Origin: an uncultured Clostridium sp.
GTDB taxonomy: Bacteria > Bacillota > Clostridia > TANB77 > CAG-508
DNA length: 64,000 nt
Assembly (NCBI GenBank): GCA_946639585.1
Contig: CAMPBS010000005.1
Span: forward strand, 5,187-69,186
Direction of reading: 5' to 3'
Under the pieces are notes generated by a model. The model saw only the letters and a list, made by a program, of their open reading frames with translations, was not told the DNA's origin and made no database searches. Shown in pieces: positions 51,439 through 63,722 of the stretch (position 1 is its first letter; each line of letters opens with the position of its first letter). The position numbers and the translations under genes were made by a program.

Positions 51439-52170
51439 ATGACAACACCACATAATAGAGCATCAATTGATGATATTGCAAAAACAGTAATAATGCCTGG
51501 AGATCCGCTTCGTGCCAAATATATCGCAGAACATTTTTTTGAATATTATAGATTAGTTAATGATGTCAGAGGAATGTTTGCTTATACTGGATTTTATAAA
51601 GGAACACGTTTAACTGTTATGGCATCTGGTATGGGTATTCCAAGTATGGGAATTTATTCATTTGAATTATTTAAGTTTTATGGAGTTGAAAATATTATTA
51701 GAATTGGTACTTGCGGAGCTTTAGATAAAGATATTAAAATTCTTGATTTGTTATTAGTTGATAGAACTTTTACAGAAAGCAACTATTCTCAAGCCTTAGA
51801 TAACGTTAGATGTTATGAAGGAGAATCAAGTGCAGATTTAAATACTGTTATTCAAGAAACTGCTAAAGAAATGGGAATTGATATTCAAAAAAGAAATACA
51901 ATTTGTAATGAAATTTATGACCCATATCATCCAAATATGGACCAATTATTAAGTATTTTACCAGAAGATTTACACATTGCAGGATGTGAAATGGAAGCAT
52001 TTTCTTTATTTTATAATGCTAAGAGAGAAGGAAAAAATGCAGCATGTATTTTAACAGTTGTAGATACATTAGACGATTTAGATGGAATATCTGCTGAAGA
52101 AAGAGAAACTGGAGTTAATACTATGATAAAACTTGCTTTAGAAAGTGCTATAAAAATGGAACAAAAATAA
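51439..52170 (+). CDS. deoD: purine nucleoside phosphorylase, DeoD type
   Basis: TPHNRASIDDIAKTVIMPGDPLRAKYIAEHFF, GMGIPS and EMEA motifs. Confidence 0.9.
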   Translation: MTTPHNRASIDDIAKTVIMPGDPLRAKYIAEHFFEYYRLVNDVRGMFAYTGFYKGTRLTVMASGMGIPSMGIYSFELFKFYGVENIIRIGTCGALDKDIKILDLLLVDRTFTESNYSQALDNVRCYEGESSADLNTVIQETAKEMGIDIQKRNTICNEIYDPYHPNMDQLLSILPEDLHIAGCEMEAFSLFYNAKREGKNAACILTVVDTLDDLDGISAEERETGVNTMIKLALESAIKMEQK

Positions 52171-52200
52171 AATGGACCCTTATGGGTTCATTTTATTTTT
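52171..52200. terminator. bidirectional terminator between convergent deoD and mscS-like gene
   Basis: AATGGACCC-TTAT-GGGTTCATT followed by a T-run. Confidence 0.7.
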
Positions 52201-52978
52201 GATGTATATCTAATTGATTATATGGAACTGCGATATTGTTTTGTTCTAATGTTTTTAAAACTATTCCTTGTACTTGTCTTGTTACAGGTCTTCTAAGAAC
52301 TGGCTCCACTCTAACATTTATCATATATTCTATATTTGATTGATTCAAATTTGCAACTCCCTTATATTCGCATTTTTTTACATCTGGCATAAGCCTTATT
52401 GTTTCAACCATTTCAGCCACAACTTTTTCCGCTTTTGAAACCGGCAATTCATAAGAAAGTGGAACCATAACATCAATCGAATCTGAAACTACTTGTATTT
52501 GTTCTATATTTCTATTTGCAACTGAAACAATATTAAATGTTTTTAAATCTTCGATTTTGGTAGTATTTAAACCTGTTGAAATAACTTTTCCCATTACTTC
52601 ACCATATTGTACTACATCTCCTACTTGAAAATATTTATCTGTTAATATTGTCATACCTCTAATTATATCTTTCAAAGCATCTTGAACCGCAAAACCAAAT
52701 ATGATACCTATTATTCCAGCTCCTGCTAAAATTGATTCAACATTTATTCCATTTATTTGAAGTATAGCAAATATATTTATAATTATTAAAGCGTATCTTA
52801 TAAAGCTTGAAAATACTTTAACATAAGTTTTATTTCTATTGCTTAATCTTGAATTTTTTCCTTTAGCTTTTTTAAAAATAAACTTATTTAAAATTTCATA
52901 AATAAATATGCTTCCAAGTACTACCAAACATGATTGAAATATATTATTACTTAATAATTTTTGTATATTTTCTTCCAT
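52193..52978 (-). CDS. small-conductance mechanosensitive channel (MscS family)
   Basis: Three transmembrane segments plus the conserved beta-domain motif FQVGDVVQYGEVMGKV. Confidence 0.85.
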   Translation of the reverse strand: MEENIQKLLSNNIFQSCLVVLGSIFIYEILNKFIFKKAKGKNSRLSNRNKTYVKVFSSFIRYALIIINIFAILQINGINVESILAGAGIIGIIFGFAVQDALKDIIRGMTILTDKYFQVGDVVQYGEVMGKVISTGLNTTKIEDLKTFNIVSVANRNIEQIQVVSDSIDVMVPLSYELPVSKAEKVVAEMVETIRLMPDVKKCEYKGVANLNQSNIEYMINVRVEPVLRRPVTRQVQGIVLKTLEQNNIAVPYNQLDIHQK

Positions 52979-53024
52979 ATATTCACTTTCCTTTCTCTTT
53001 GGCTTTTATAATACTATTTTATAC

Positions 53025-53050
53025 TAAAAAAGAATACTTGTAAAGTATTC
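53025..53050 (-). terminator. terminator of the RhuM/ParB-like/GNAT transcription unit
   Basis: GAATACTT-GTA-AAGTATTC with a T-run on the minus strand. Confidence 0.6.
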
Positions 53051-53063
53051 CTTTAATGAAAAA

Positions 53064-53420
53064 TCATTTTGATATCTCAATAACATATTTACAATTCCTA
53101 TTAGACTTTGTTAAGTATTTTGCATCAAATTTATTTACTATTCTTATTAATCTAATGTCATTCTCATCTATTGAAATATATAATTCTGAATAGCCTATTT
53201 TTTTTGATTCTTCTAGTAGCATATCAAAAAACTTTTCTCCATAGCCATTTCCTTGGTATTCTTGTTTTATTGTTATAAATATCATATTTTCTTTATTTAA
53301 GTTTCCTAAAGCTCCTATTCCAATTAGACAATCACTTTCCATCAATTTGTACGAACTCTCAAATTGACTTAATAGTTCTTTTTTCTCAATCAAACTATTA
53401 TCTTGAATTAAACTAAGCAT
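53064..53420 (-). CDS. minimal GNAT-family N-acetyltransferase (118 aa)
   Basis: Acetyl-CoA motif A QGNGYGEKFFDMLLEESKKIGYSEL. The start overlaps the upstream gene stop by 8 nt (ATGCTTAG). Confidence 0.7.
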   Translation of the reverse strand: MLSLIQDNSLIEKKELLSQFESSYKLMESDCLIGIGALGNLNKENMIFITIKQEYQGNGYGEKFFDMLLEESKKIGYSELYISIDENDIRLIRIVNKFDAKYLTKSNRNCKYVIEISK

Positions 53421-54417
53421 TTATATCAGCCTCCTTTTCAGAGTTTTTTAATTCCTTTAAATCTAAAATGTCTGAAAAATGTTCGTTTAAAAATCTTTTT
53501 AAGCTATCGCAATTATTATATTCTTTTTTTAAGCTGTATTCTAAATACTCTTTATTCTTTGTATTTTTTACTCTTTCTTTAGTAAACTCTATCAATTCTT
53601 GTTCTGTTAGTATTTGTTTTTCACCATTTGCATAAGTAATTTTAACATTTAAAACTTCTTCGTCTGATAATTTATAATCGTTAGAAACACTATAAACCAT
53701 GTTTTCTACTTCATTTTTTTCTGCTTCTGTTAAAGTATATTTATAATTATCATACTTCCACCTTGAACACATTCTCACTTGTACAATATATCTATTTTCT
53801 ATAATATTTCCATTCTCATCTATATATTGTTTTTCGTCTATTATTTCGCATTTATTAATCCATAAAGGATTTGTTTTTTCAATCAAATATTGGCAATATG
53901 CTTTATTAGAATTTATATTTATAACTCCCATTGGAATAGTATATTTTTCTCTAATTTGATTAATTTTTTCTTTATCACCTTTTGCCTCTTGAATTTCTTT
54001 TAAATATAAAATTTTAAGTACTATAAATCTATGCAAACCATTAGTCATTATAACATATTTTCCATTTTCTACATGGGCGCATTCTATTGGTTCGTATTTA
54101 AAGCTTTCTTTTAGTTGATTAATTGCATTTTCAGTATTTAATTCTAACATCCCTAACGCTCTTGTATGATATCCGTCTCCATTTTCATCAAAATACTCAT
54201 CCATTTCTTGAAATATATTTCCGCTATTTTTATTGCTATCATTTCCCAAAACATCACCTATACATACTTCTTTTTGTATTTCTTTTTCTTGGAATTCATT
54301 TTCAAATAATATAGGATTTATTTGTCCAAAATTATATATTTTACAATCAAGTTCTCGTGTAATTTCATCTATATCTATATTATTTTGTTTTAAAAAAAAT
54401 TGATTACAATTATTCAT
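53413..54417 (-). CDS. ParB/Srx-superfamily (DGQHR/DUF262-like) domain protein
   Basis: PIECAHVENGKYVIMTNGLHRFIVLKILY resembles the ParB N-terminal-domain core (..Pi.v...g.y.i.dG.HR). The rest has no recognisable motif. Confidence 0.5.
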   Translation of the reverse strand: MNNCNQFFLKQNNIDIDEITRELDCKIYNFGQINPILFENEFQEKEIQKEVCIGDVLGNDSNKNSGNIFQEMDEYFDENGDGYHTRALGMLELNTENAINQLKESFKYEPIECAHVENGKYVIMTNGLHRFIVLKILYLKEIQEAKGDKEKINQIREKYTIPMGVININSNKAYCQYLIEKTNPLWINKCEIIDEKQYIDENGNIIENRYIVQVRMCSRWKYDNYKYTLTEAEKNEVENMVYSVSNDYKLSDEEVLNVKITYANGEKQILTEQELIEFTKERVKNTKNKEYLEYSLKKEYNNCDSLKRFLNEHFSDILDLKELKNSEKEADINA

Positions 54418-54468
54418 ATTTTCCCTCTTATAATTATCATTTAAAATTAAAGTTATTTTAACTTATTT

Positions 54469-55482
54469 TTAATTATTTAATTTTTTTGTTTCTAATAATA
54501 ATTTATCAAAGTCAGAAGTAATTTTTTGCGTTTTATTAAATATAATATATTCTTTTTCTGCTTTTTCTTCCGCTTCTTTTCTTGATATTTTTCCATTATC
54601 TTGTAATATATCATATTTTCTAAATTCTAAAAATTCATTTATACTCTTAGCAAATTCTTCCATTGTAAAAGTATTTTCTCTTTCTACTAAATCCTCAATA
54701 TAATCAAAATATCCCGAAACAGCTCTCTCAAGTCTTTTTATTTGTTTTTCATCTAAATAATTTTTTGCAATAATTACATCTGATTTTAATATTCTTCCAT
54801 CTGGAGAATTTTTCCATGTAGTTAATCCCATGTTTTCTTTCGTATGGTCTGCTTTATTATATACTATTTCAGCAGCAGTGTTTCCAGTAATTGCATAGTG
54901 AAATTTATTTTGAACTGTTGCATAAAATTTTTTTGTTATTTGAGAATCTTTATCATAGTCAATACTGCATTCTGCAAATATATCTGTAATTTGTTGCCAA
55001 ATTCTTCGTTCGCTTGTCCTAATTGAACGAATTCTTTCAAGTAATTCTTTAAAGTAATCTTTACCAAATTTAGGTCCATTTTTTAAAAATTCATCATTTA
55101 AAACAAAACCTTTTTTTATAAATTCTTTTAATGTTTTAGTTGCCCAAATTCTAAAATCTGTAGCTTCCTTTGAATTCACTCTATATCCTACTGCTATAAT
55201 TGCATCTAAACTATAAAAATTTAATTCTCTAGAAACATTTCTATTCCCCTCTTTTTGAACTACTCTAATTTTTTGAGTAGTTCGATTTTCTTCTAATTCT
55301 TTTTCTGCAAATATGTTTTGCAAATGATATGTAATATTATTTTCTACTACCCCAAACAATTTTCCCATTGATTTTTGTGTTAACCAAAAATCTTCATTAT
55401 CATATAACACTTCAATTGATATGTTTTGATTATTTTTGCTTTGATAAATTATTAAATCTCTTAAATCTTCTAAACTATTCAT
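54469..55482 (-). CDS. RhuM-family protein
   Basis: IEVLYDNEDFWLTQKSMGKLFGV...NFYSLDAIIAVGYRVNSKEATDFRIWATKTLKEFIKKGF is characteristic of RhuM. The ATG at 55482 follows GAAAGGAG. Confidence 0.7.
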   Translation of the reverse strand: MNSLEDLRDLIIYQSKNNQNISIEVLYDNEDFWLTQKSMGKLFGVVENNITYHLQNIFAEKELEENRTTQKIRVVQKEGNRNVSRELNFYSLDAIIAVGYRVNSKEATDFRIWATKTLKEFIKKGFVLNDEFLKNGPKFGKDYFKELLERIRSIRTSERRIWQQITDIFAECSIDYDKDSQITKKFYATVQNKFHYAITGNTAAEIVYNKADHTKENMGLTTWKNSPDGRILKSDVIIAKNYLDEKQIKRLERAVSGYFDYIEDLVERENTFTMEEFAKSINEFLEFRKYDILQDNGKISRKEAEEKAEKEYIIFNKTQKITSDFDKLLLETKKLNN

Positions 55483-55521
55483 ATTTCTCCTTTCGCATTC
55501 TTTTATACACATGTGCTTTCT

Positions 55522-56103
55522 TTACTTCCTTTTCCACTCAAATCCTTCTGGCAAACTTAAATTGTCTTTTTTCTTTTTAACGTATCTGTCTTCTTCTGAA
55601 AATACACAACCGCAATATTTTTGCATGTATAATCCCGCTTCTTTTGCTTTGTCGTGTCCTTCCCAAAAACCATATCTAAAATCTCTATATAGAAATTCAA
55701 TCCCATATTCTTTACTTAGCTTTTCGCAATATGCTTTGATAAAGTTATGGTTTTGATAGATACTGTATAAAAGTGTTGTTGTTACTGTATCATAGCCATT
55801 TTGTTTTGCATATTCAAATGTTTTTCTTAAACGAACTGGATAGCAATAGTTTGCACAACGGTTGTCTAAATCGTTAGATACATTCTTGCAAAATTCGTCT
55901 AAACCATATTCATCTTCTATTACGCAATTTACATTTATTGATTTTGTATATTCTTTTAAACAATCTCTTCTTGCCTCATATTCTTTGTATGGGTGAATAT
56001 TAGGGTTATACCAATAGATTGTTGGTTCGATTCCTTCTTCTCTTAGTTTATCTATGCAATACACACTACATGGTGCACAACATGCGTGCATTAATAATTT
56101 CAT
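55522..56103 (-). CDS. queH: epoxyqueuosine reductase QueH (DUF208)
   Basis: MKLLMHACCAPCSVYCIDKLREEGIEPTIYWYNPNIHPYKEY, which contains CCAPC. Confidence 0.85.
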   Translation of the reverse strand: MKLLMHACCAPCSVYCIDKLREEGIEPTIYWYNPNIHPYKEYEARRDCLKEYTKSINVNCVIEDEYGLDEFCKNVSNDLDNRCANYCYPVRLRKTFEYAKQNGYDTVTTTLLYSIYQNHNFIKAYCEKLSKEYGIEFLYRDFRYGFWEGHDKAKEAGLYMQKYCGCVFSEEDRYVKKKKDNLSLPEGFEWKRK

Positions 56104-56134
56104 CTTTACTCCTCTTTTCTGTACAATATTATAT

Positions 56135-56165
56135 CAAAAAAACTCTGGCAATTCCAGAGTTTTTC
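56135..56165. terminator. terminator after gap
   Basis: AAAAAAACTCTGG-CAATT-CCAGAGTTTTT. Confidence 0.75.
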
Positions 56166-56171
56166 TAATTT

Positions 56172-57188
56172 TTATGCTAATTCAGCAAAATATTTAATTG
56201 TTCTTACCATTTGGCTTGTGTAAGAATTTTCATTATCATACCAAGATACAACTTGAACTTGATATAATCCGTTTCCGATTTCTGTTACCATTGTTTGAGT
56301 AGCATCAAATAATGAACCATTTGTAATACCAATTATATCTGAAGAAACTAATGGTTCTTCTGTGTATCCAAATGATGCACTTTCTTGTGATTTCATAGCA
56401 GCATTTATGCTATCAACTGTAATATTTTCTCCTTTTACAACTGCAACTAATATTGTTGTTGAACCTGTTGGAACTGGAACTCTTTGAGCTGATCCAATTA
56501 ATTTTCCATTTAATTCTGGTATAACTAATCCAATTGCTTTTGCTGCTCCTGTTGAGTTTGGAACTATATTTACAGCAGCTGCTCTTGCTCTTCTTAAATC
56601 ACCTTTTCTGTGTGGTCCATCTAATACCATTTGATCGCCTGTGTAAGCGTGAACTGTTGTCATTATTCCAGATTGAATTGGTGCATAATCATTTAATGCT
56701 TTAGCCATTGGTGCTAAGCAGTTTGTTGTGCATGATGCAGCTGATATTATTTTATCATCTGCTGTTAATGTATTTTCATTTACTCCAAATACTATTGTTG
56801 GTAAGTCTTTTCCAGCTGGTGCTGAAATTACAACCTTTTTAGCTCCTGCATCTATGTGAGCTTGTGATTTTTCTTTTGATGTGTAGAATCCTGTACATTC
56901 TAATACAACATCTACTCCTATTTCTCCCCAAGGTAGATTTCTAGCATCTGCCTCAGCATATATTTTAATTGTTTTTCCATCTACAGTTATTGAATCTTCT
57001 CCTGCTACTACTGTATCTGCTTTATCATATCTTTTTTGTGCAGAATCATATTTTAATAAGTGTGCAAGCATATCTGGGCTTGTTAAATCATTTATAGCTA
57101 CAATTTCATACCCTTCTGCTCCAAACATTTGCCTAAATGCAAGACGTCCTATACGTCCAAAACCATTAATGGCTACTTTTACTGACAT
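56172..57188 (-). CDS. gap: type I glyceraldehyde-3-phosphate dehydrogenase
   Basis: [13 protein letters not shown] and the active site SCTTNCLAP. Confidence 0.95.
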   Translation of the reverse strand: MSVKVAINGFGRIGRLAFRQMFGAEGYEIVAINDLTSPDMLAHLLKYDSAQKRYDKADTVVAGEDSITVDGKTIKIYAEADARNLPWGEIGVDVVLECTGFYTSKEKSQAHIDAGAKKVVISAPAGKDLPTIVFGVNENTLTADDKIISAASCTTNCLAPMAKALNDYAPIQSGIMTTVHAYTGDQMVLDGPHRKGDLRRARAAAVNIVPNSTGAAKAIGLVIPELNGKLIGSAQRVPVPTGSTTILVAVVKGENITVDSINAAMKSQESASFGYTEEPLVSSDIIGITNGSLFDATQTMVTEIGNGLYQVQVVSWYDNENSYTSQMVRTIKYFAELA

Positions 57189-57303
57189 AATTATTTCCTC
57201 CTCCTAAGACTTTAATTTTTTTAAAATCTTTTATATATTATTGCCATTATTTTACATGGCAATTCAATTCTATATCAAATTATTTTTTTATGCAAGTGCT
57301 TTT

Positions 57304-60300
57304 CTAAATTTTCACACTTTCTTCACCAATTATTTCGTTAAACACTCCTAAAATTTCATCATTGCAAAGAATTGCCCCACAAGGTTTAATCTCCTCATTT
57401 ACCTTGACTGCTACTGGCATATTATTTCTATCACCATTAAAAAATCTGATTGTTCCTCTTAGTTTTGTTTTTTGTTCTTCTGTAGCATTTGTAATATCTA
57501 TAATAAGCTGTTTCTGTTTTTGCTCTGATAAATCTTTTATATCGTTTGCTATGATTGTGCATGAATCGTCTTCCCTTATACTTAAACGTCCATCTACAAC
57601 AACTATGTTTTCTTCAACTAAACTCTTTCCAGCCTTCATGTATGCATTTTCAAAAACCAATACCTCAGTTTGACCATATAAGTCTTCTACTGTAACAAAT
57701 GCCATTATTTTATTGTTTTTTGTGTATTTTTTCTTAATTGAAGTTATTATTCCAGCATATTTTACATTTTGTCCATCTTTGAATTTTGGTCTTTCTGTTA
57801 TATTAACTCCTTGCTCTGTTCCATCTCCAGTTACATTTTGTTCATCTATTTGCTTTAAATTCATTGAATTTATTGTTGTTACCGCTTCTATTTGTTCTTT
57901 TAATTTTCCTAATGGATGCCCCGAAATATAAATTCCTAGCATTTCTTTTTCAAGTGATAATAATTCTTTATTTGGTAATTCTTCTTGTTCTATAAAATTA
58001 TATTTTATATCATTCATTTCTTCTTGTTCTTCACTTGATCCTAAATCAAACATAGAAACTTGACCGTTGAAGCCTTTTCGATTTGAACTTTGGATTATAT
58101 CTATTATTCCCTCAAATGAAGCAAGTAGAGTACTTCTAGTTTGTTCAAATTCGTCAAAAGCTCCTGCTTTTATCAAACTTTCTATACATTTTTTGTTTAC
58201 TTGCTTATCTGCAATTCTTTCACAAAAGTCTGTAAAACTTTTGAATAATCCGTTTTCTGCTCTTTCTTGAACAATTTGCCTAACTGGCTCTGTACCAACA
58301 TTTTTAATACTTCCAAGCCCAAAGCGAATTTCATTATCTTTTCCAGTAAAGTTCTCCATACTTTCATTTATGTCTGGTGCTAGTATTTTTATTCCTAAAA
58401 CTTTACATTCATCTATATATTGTGGAACTTTATCTAGATTTCCTAAATAACTATTTAACATCGCAGCCATAAATTCTGTTGGATAATATGCTTTTAAATA
58501 TGCTGTTCTGTAAGCTACAACTGCATAGCAAGCTGCATGTGACTTATTGAAAGCATATTTTGCAAATTCTGCCATTTCATCAAATATTTTATTTGCTGAA
58601 ACTTCGTCTATACCATTTCTTACACATCCTGGTACAACTATATTTCCATCTTCGTCAACTTGCCCATGTATAAATATTTCTCTTTCTTTTGCCATTACAT
58701 CAAGCTTTTTCTTTCCCATTGCTCTTCTTACTAGGTCAGCTCTACCAAGTGAATAGCCTGCTAAATCACGAACTATTTGCATAACCTGCTCTTGGTAAAC
58801 CATACAGCCATAAGTAACATTTAGTATTGGCTCCAAGCTTGGATGAGTATATTCATTATGTCCTGGATTCATTTTTCCTTTTATATATCTTGGAATTTGA
58901 TCCATTGGACCTGGTCTGTAAAGCGAAACTCCAGCTATTATATCTTCTAGGCAGTCTGGTTTTAGCTCTTTCATAAATACTGTCATTCCTTGAGATTCAA
59001 ACTGGAATATTCCCATTGTTTTACCTTCTTGCCATAGTTTGTATACTTTAGGGTCTGACATATCTTCATCATATTTTACATCTATGCCAAGGTTTTGTTT
59101 TACATTTTTTATAGTTTCTTGAATAACTGTTAATGTTCTTAGTCCCAAAAAGTCCATTTTTAGAAGGCCTAATTTTTCTAATGTTGTCATTATAAATTGT
59201 GTTGCTATTTGGCCATCTCTAACATATAGTGGCACATAAGTATCTACTGGATCTTTTGTTATAACAACACCACAAGCATGTGTTGAAGCCTGTCTTGGCA
59301 TTCCTTCTAAACTCATTGCAATATCTAATATTTTTTTAGTTTGCTCATCTGAATTATATAATTGATTTAATTCTTTATTTTGTTCTATCGCCTTCTTAAT
59401 TGTAATGTGAAGCTCATTTGGAATCATTTTAGCCAAAGCGTCCGCTTCACTATAAGGAACGTCTAGAACTCTTGCTACATCCCTTATTACCATTTTTGCG
59501 GCCATTGTACCAAATGTAATAATCTGTGAAACATGGTCTTTACCATATTTTTGTGATACATAGTCTATTACATCTTGACGGTTTACATCGGCAAAGTCAA
59601 CGTCAAAATCGGGCATTGATATTCTTTCTGGATTTAAAAATCTCTCAAACATTAAGCCATATCTAATTGGGTCAATATCTGTTATTTCTATTGCATAAGC
59701 TATTATTGAACCAGCACCACTTCCACGTCCTGGCCCTACTGCTATTCCATTTTCTTTTGCAAAATGGATATAATCCCAAACTATTAAGAAATAATCAACA
59801 AATCCCATTTTTTGAATTATACCTAGCTCATATTCTGCCCTATCTAAAATTTCTTGTGATGGATTCTCTCCGTATCTCTTACGGATACCATCATCACATA
59901 GTTTTTTGAAATAATCATAATGTGTTGCAAATTCTGGTGGCACATCGTAGTTTGGCAAAATTGTGTGACCAAATTCAAATTCTACATTACATTGTTCTGC
60001 GATTTTAACAGTATTCTCTATGGCTTCTGGAAATGCTTTGAAATATTCTATCATTTCTTCTGGTGATTTTATATAAAGTTCATCTGTTTCGAATTTCATT
60101 CTATCTTCATCACTCATTCTTTTACCTGTTTGAATACATAGTAAAACTTCGTGATTGTATGCATCTTCTTTTCTTAAATAATGTGCATCATTTGTTGCAA
60201 CTAGTGGCAAATCTAACTTTCTAGCTAATTGTATTAATTTTTGATTTGCTAAAACTTGTTCTTGTAAACCATTATTTTGAATTTCTATGTAATAGTCATC

Positions 60301-60801
60301 TCCAAAAACTTTCTTATGCCAAAGAGCAATTTCTTCAGCTTTTTCCATGTTTCCATTTAGCAATGCTTGGTTCACACTACCTGCTAAACATGCACTTAAA
60401 CATATTAAACCTTCATGATATTTTTCTAGTATTTCTAAATCTATTCTTGGCTTATAATAATAGCCGTCTACAAAGCTTAATGATACTAATTTACTTAGGT
60501 TTTTATAACCTTGTTGATTTTTTGCAAGTAATATTAAGTGATTATATTTATTGTCTACACCAGGTTCTTTATCAAATCTTGAACGAGGTGCTACATATAC
60601 CTCACAGCCTATGATTGGCTTTATTCCCTCTTCTTTACAGGCATTATAAAAGTCAATTACACCATACATTACACCATGGTCTGTAATTGCTATTGAGTCC
60701 ATTCCAAGCTCTTTTGCGCGTTTTGGAATGTCTTTTATTCTATTGGCTCCATCTAGTAAACTGAATTCGCTGTGTATATGTAAGTGTACAAATTTTGACA
60801 T
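57304..60801 (-). CDS. dnaE: DNA polymerase III alpha subunit (DnaE type)
   Basis: PHP domain FVHLHIHSEFSLLDG, palm motif PDFDVDF, and an OB fold near the C-terminus. 1165 aa. Confidence 0.95.
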   Translation of the reverse strand: MSKFVHLHIHSEFSLLDGANRIKDIPKRAKELGMDSIAITDHGVMYGVIDFYNACKEEGIKPIIGCEVYVAPRSRFDKEPGVDNKYNHLILLAKNQQGYKNLSKLVSLSFVDGYYYKPRIDLEILEKYHEGLICLSACLAGSVNQALLNGNMEKAEEIALWHKKVFGDDYYIEIQNNGLQEQVLANQKLIQLARKLDLPLVATNDAHYLRKEDAYNHEVLLCIQTGKRMSDEDRMKFETDELYIKSPEEMIEYFKAFPEAIENTVKIAEQCNVEFEFGHTILPNYDVPPEFATHYDYFKKLCDDGIRKRYGENPSQEILDRAEYELGIIQKMGFVDYFLIVWDYIHFAKENGIAVGPGRGSGAGSIIAYAIEITDIDPIRYGLMFERFLNPERISMPDFDVDFADVNRQDVIDYVSQKYGKDHVSQIITFGTMAAKMVIRDVARVLDVPYSEADALAKMIPNELHITIKKAIEQNKELNQLYNSDEQTKKILDIAMSLEGMPRQASTHACGVVITKDPVDTYVPLYVRDGQIATQFIMTTLEKLGLLKMDFLGLRTLTVIQETIKNVKQNLGIDVKYDEDMSDPKVYKLWQEGKTMGIFQFESQGMTVFMKELKPDCLEDIIAGVSLYRPGPMDQIPRYIKGKMNPGHNEYTHPSLEPILNVTYGCMVYQEQVMQIVRDLAGYSLGRADLVRRAMGKKKLDVMAKEREIFIHGQVDEDGNIVVPGCVRNGIDEVSANKIFDEMAEFAKYAFNKSHAACYAVVAYRTAYLKAYYPTEFMAAMLNSYLGNLDKVPQYIDECKVLGIKILAPDINESMENFTGKDNEIRFGLGSIKNVGTEPVRQIVQERAENGLFKSFTDFCERIADKQVNKKCIESLIKAGAFDEFEQTRSTLLASFEGIIDIIQSSNRKGFNGQVSMFDLGSSEEQEEMNDIKYNFIEQEELPNKELLSLEKEMLGIYISGHPLGKLKEQIEAVTTINSMNLKQIDEQNVTGDGTEQGVNITERPKFKDGQNVKYAGIITSIKKKYTKNNKIMAFVTVEDLYGQTEVLVFENAYMKAGKSLVEENIVVVDGRLSIREDDSCTIIANDIKDLSEQKQKQLIIDITNATEEQKTKLRGTIRFFNGDRNNMPVAVKVNEEIKPCGAILCNDEILGVFNEIIGEESVKI

Positions 60802-60863
60802 ACAAAAATGCCTCCTTTTTTAATTAGCTACATAAATATAATATATTATACTTACTTTAAAAA

Positions 60864-61526
60864 TTATTGCAAAAGATCTGGCCTTTTATTTTTAGTAATT
60901 TCCAAAGCCTGTTCTTTACGCCATTTGTCTATGTTTTGGTGATTTCCAGATAGCAATACTTCTGGAACTTTCATGCCTTCAAATATTTCTGGTCTTGTAT
61001 ATTGCGGATATTCCAGCAATCCATTTGAAAAAGATTCTTCTTCAATAGATTCTTTATTTAAAACGCCATCTACATATCTGCTAACTGAATCAATTAATAT
61101 CATTGCAGGAAGTTCTCCGCCTGTTAAAACATAATCTCCAACTGATATTTCTTCTGGCTGAATTAAATCTATTGCTCTTTGGTCTATTCCCTCATAATGT
61201 CCACAAAGAAGGATTAAATGTTCCTCTTTTGCAAGTTCTTCAACCTTTTTCTGATTTAATGTTTTACCTTGCGGTGTTAAATAAACAACCTTTGCATTTG
61301 AATTTTCAACAGATTTATATGCTTCATAGACAACATCTGGCTTCATAACCATTCCTGCACCACCACCATAAGGTGTGTCATCTACATGTTTATGTTTGTC
61401 AGTTGAAAAATCTCTTATATTTATTAAATTAATTTCTATTTGTTTGTTTTCCTTTGCTCTCCCAATTATACTCTCTTCTAAAGGTTTAAACATTTCTGGA
61501 AATAATGTTAAAACATCAAATTTCAT
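60864..61526 (-). CDS. trmD: tRNA (guanine37-N1)-methyltransferase
   Basis: [23 protein letters not shown] and [14 protein letters not shown] motifs. Confidence 0.95.
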   Translation of the reverse strand: MKFDVLTLFPEMFKPLEESIIGRAKENKQIEINLINIRDFSTDKHKHVDDTPYGGGAGMVMKPDVVYEAYKSVENSNAKVVYLTPQGKTLNQKKVEELAKEEHLILLCGHYEGIDQRAIDLIQPEEISVGDYVLTGGELPAMILIDSVSRYVDGVLNKESIEEESFSNGLLEYPQYTRPEIFEGMKVPEVLLSGNHQNIDKWRKEQALEITKNKRPDLLQ

Positions 61527-61564
61527 ATTTTTCTCCCTCTTTCATTTTCAACATTATACCTTAA

Positions 61565-61600
61565 AAAGCAAAAAATCTCAATATTTCATGAGATTTTTTT
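61565..61600. terminator. terminator after groEL
   Basis: AAAAATCTCA-(8 nt)-TGAGATTTTTTT. Confidence 0.75.
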
Positions 61601-61606
61601 GATTTT

Positions 61607-63253
<1,647 letters not shown>

Positions 63254-63268
63254 TCATTCCTTTCTTTT

Positions 63269-63602
<334 letters not shown>

Positions 63603-63604
63603 TA

Positions 63605-63632
63605 ATTTATACCCGTTTCCGTTAAATGTCAA
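63605..63632 (-). promoter_or_regulatory. sigmaA-type promoter of groES-groEL
   Basis: TTGACA (63627-63632), 16 nt, ATAAAT (63605-63610), immediately upstream of CIRCE. Confidence 0.6.
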
Positions 63633-63697
63633 TACTTTTCACAAAAATTTCACATTAACTATTTTATGCACTATCCCTGTAAAAAAGAACAAATTCA

Positions 63698-63722
63698 AAG
63701 AGGAGCTATTAAAGCTCCTCCT
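63698..63722 (-). terminator. terminator overlapping the stop of the partial upstream gene
   Basis: GAGGAGCT-TTAAT-AGCTCCTC followed by T-rich sequence on the minus strand. Confidence 0.55.
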
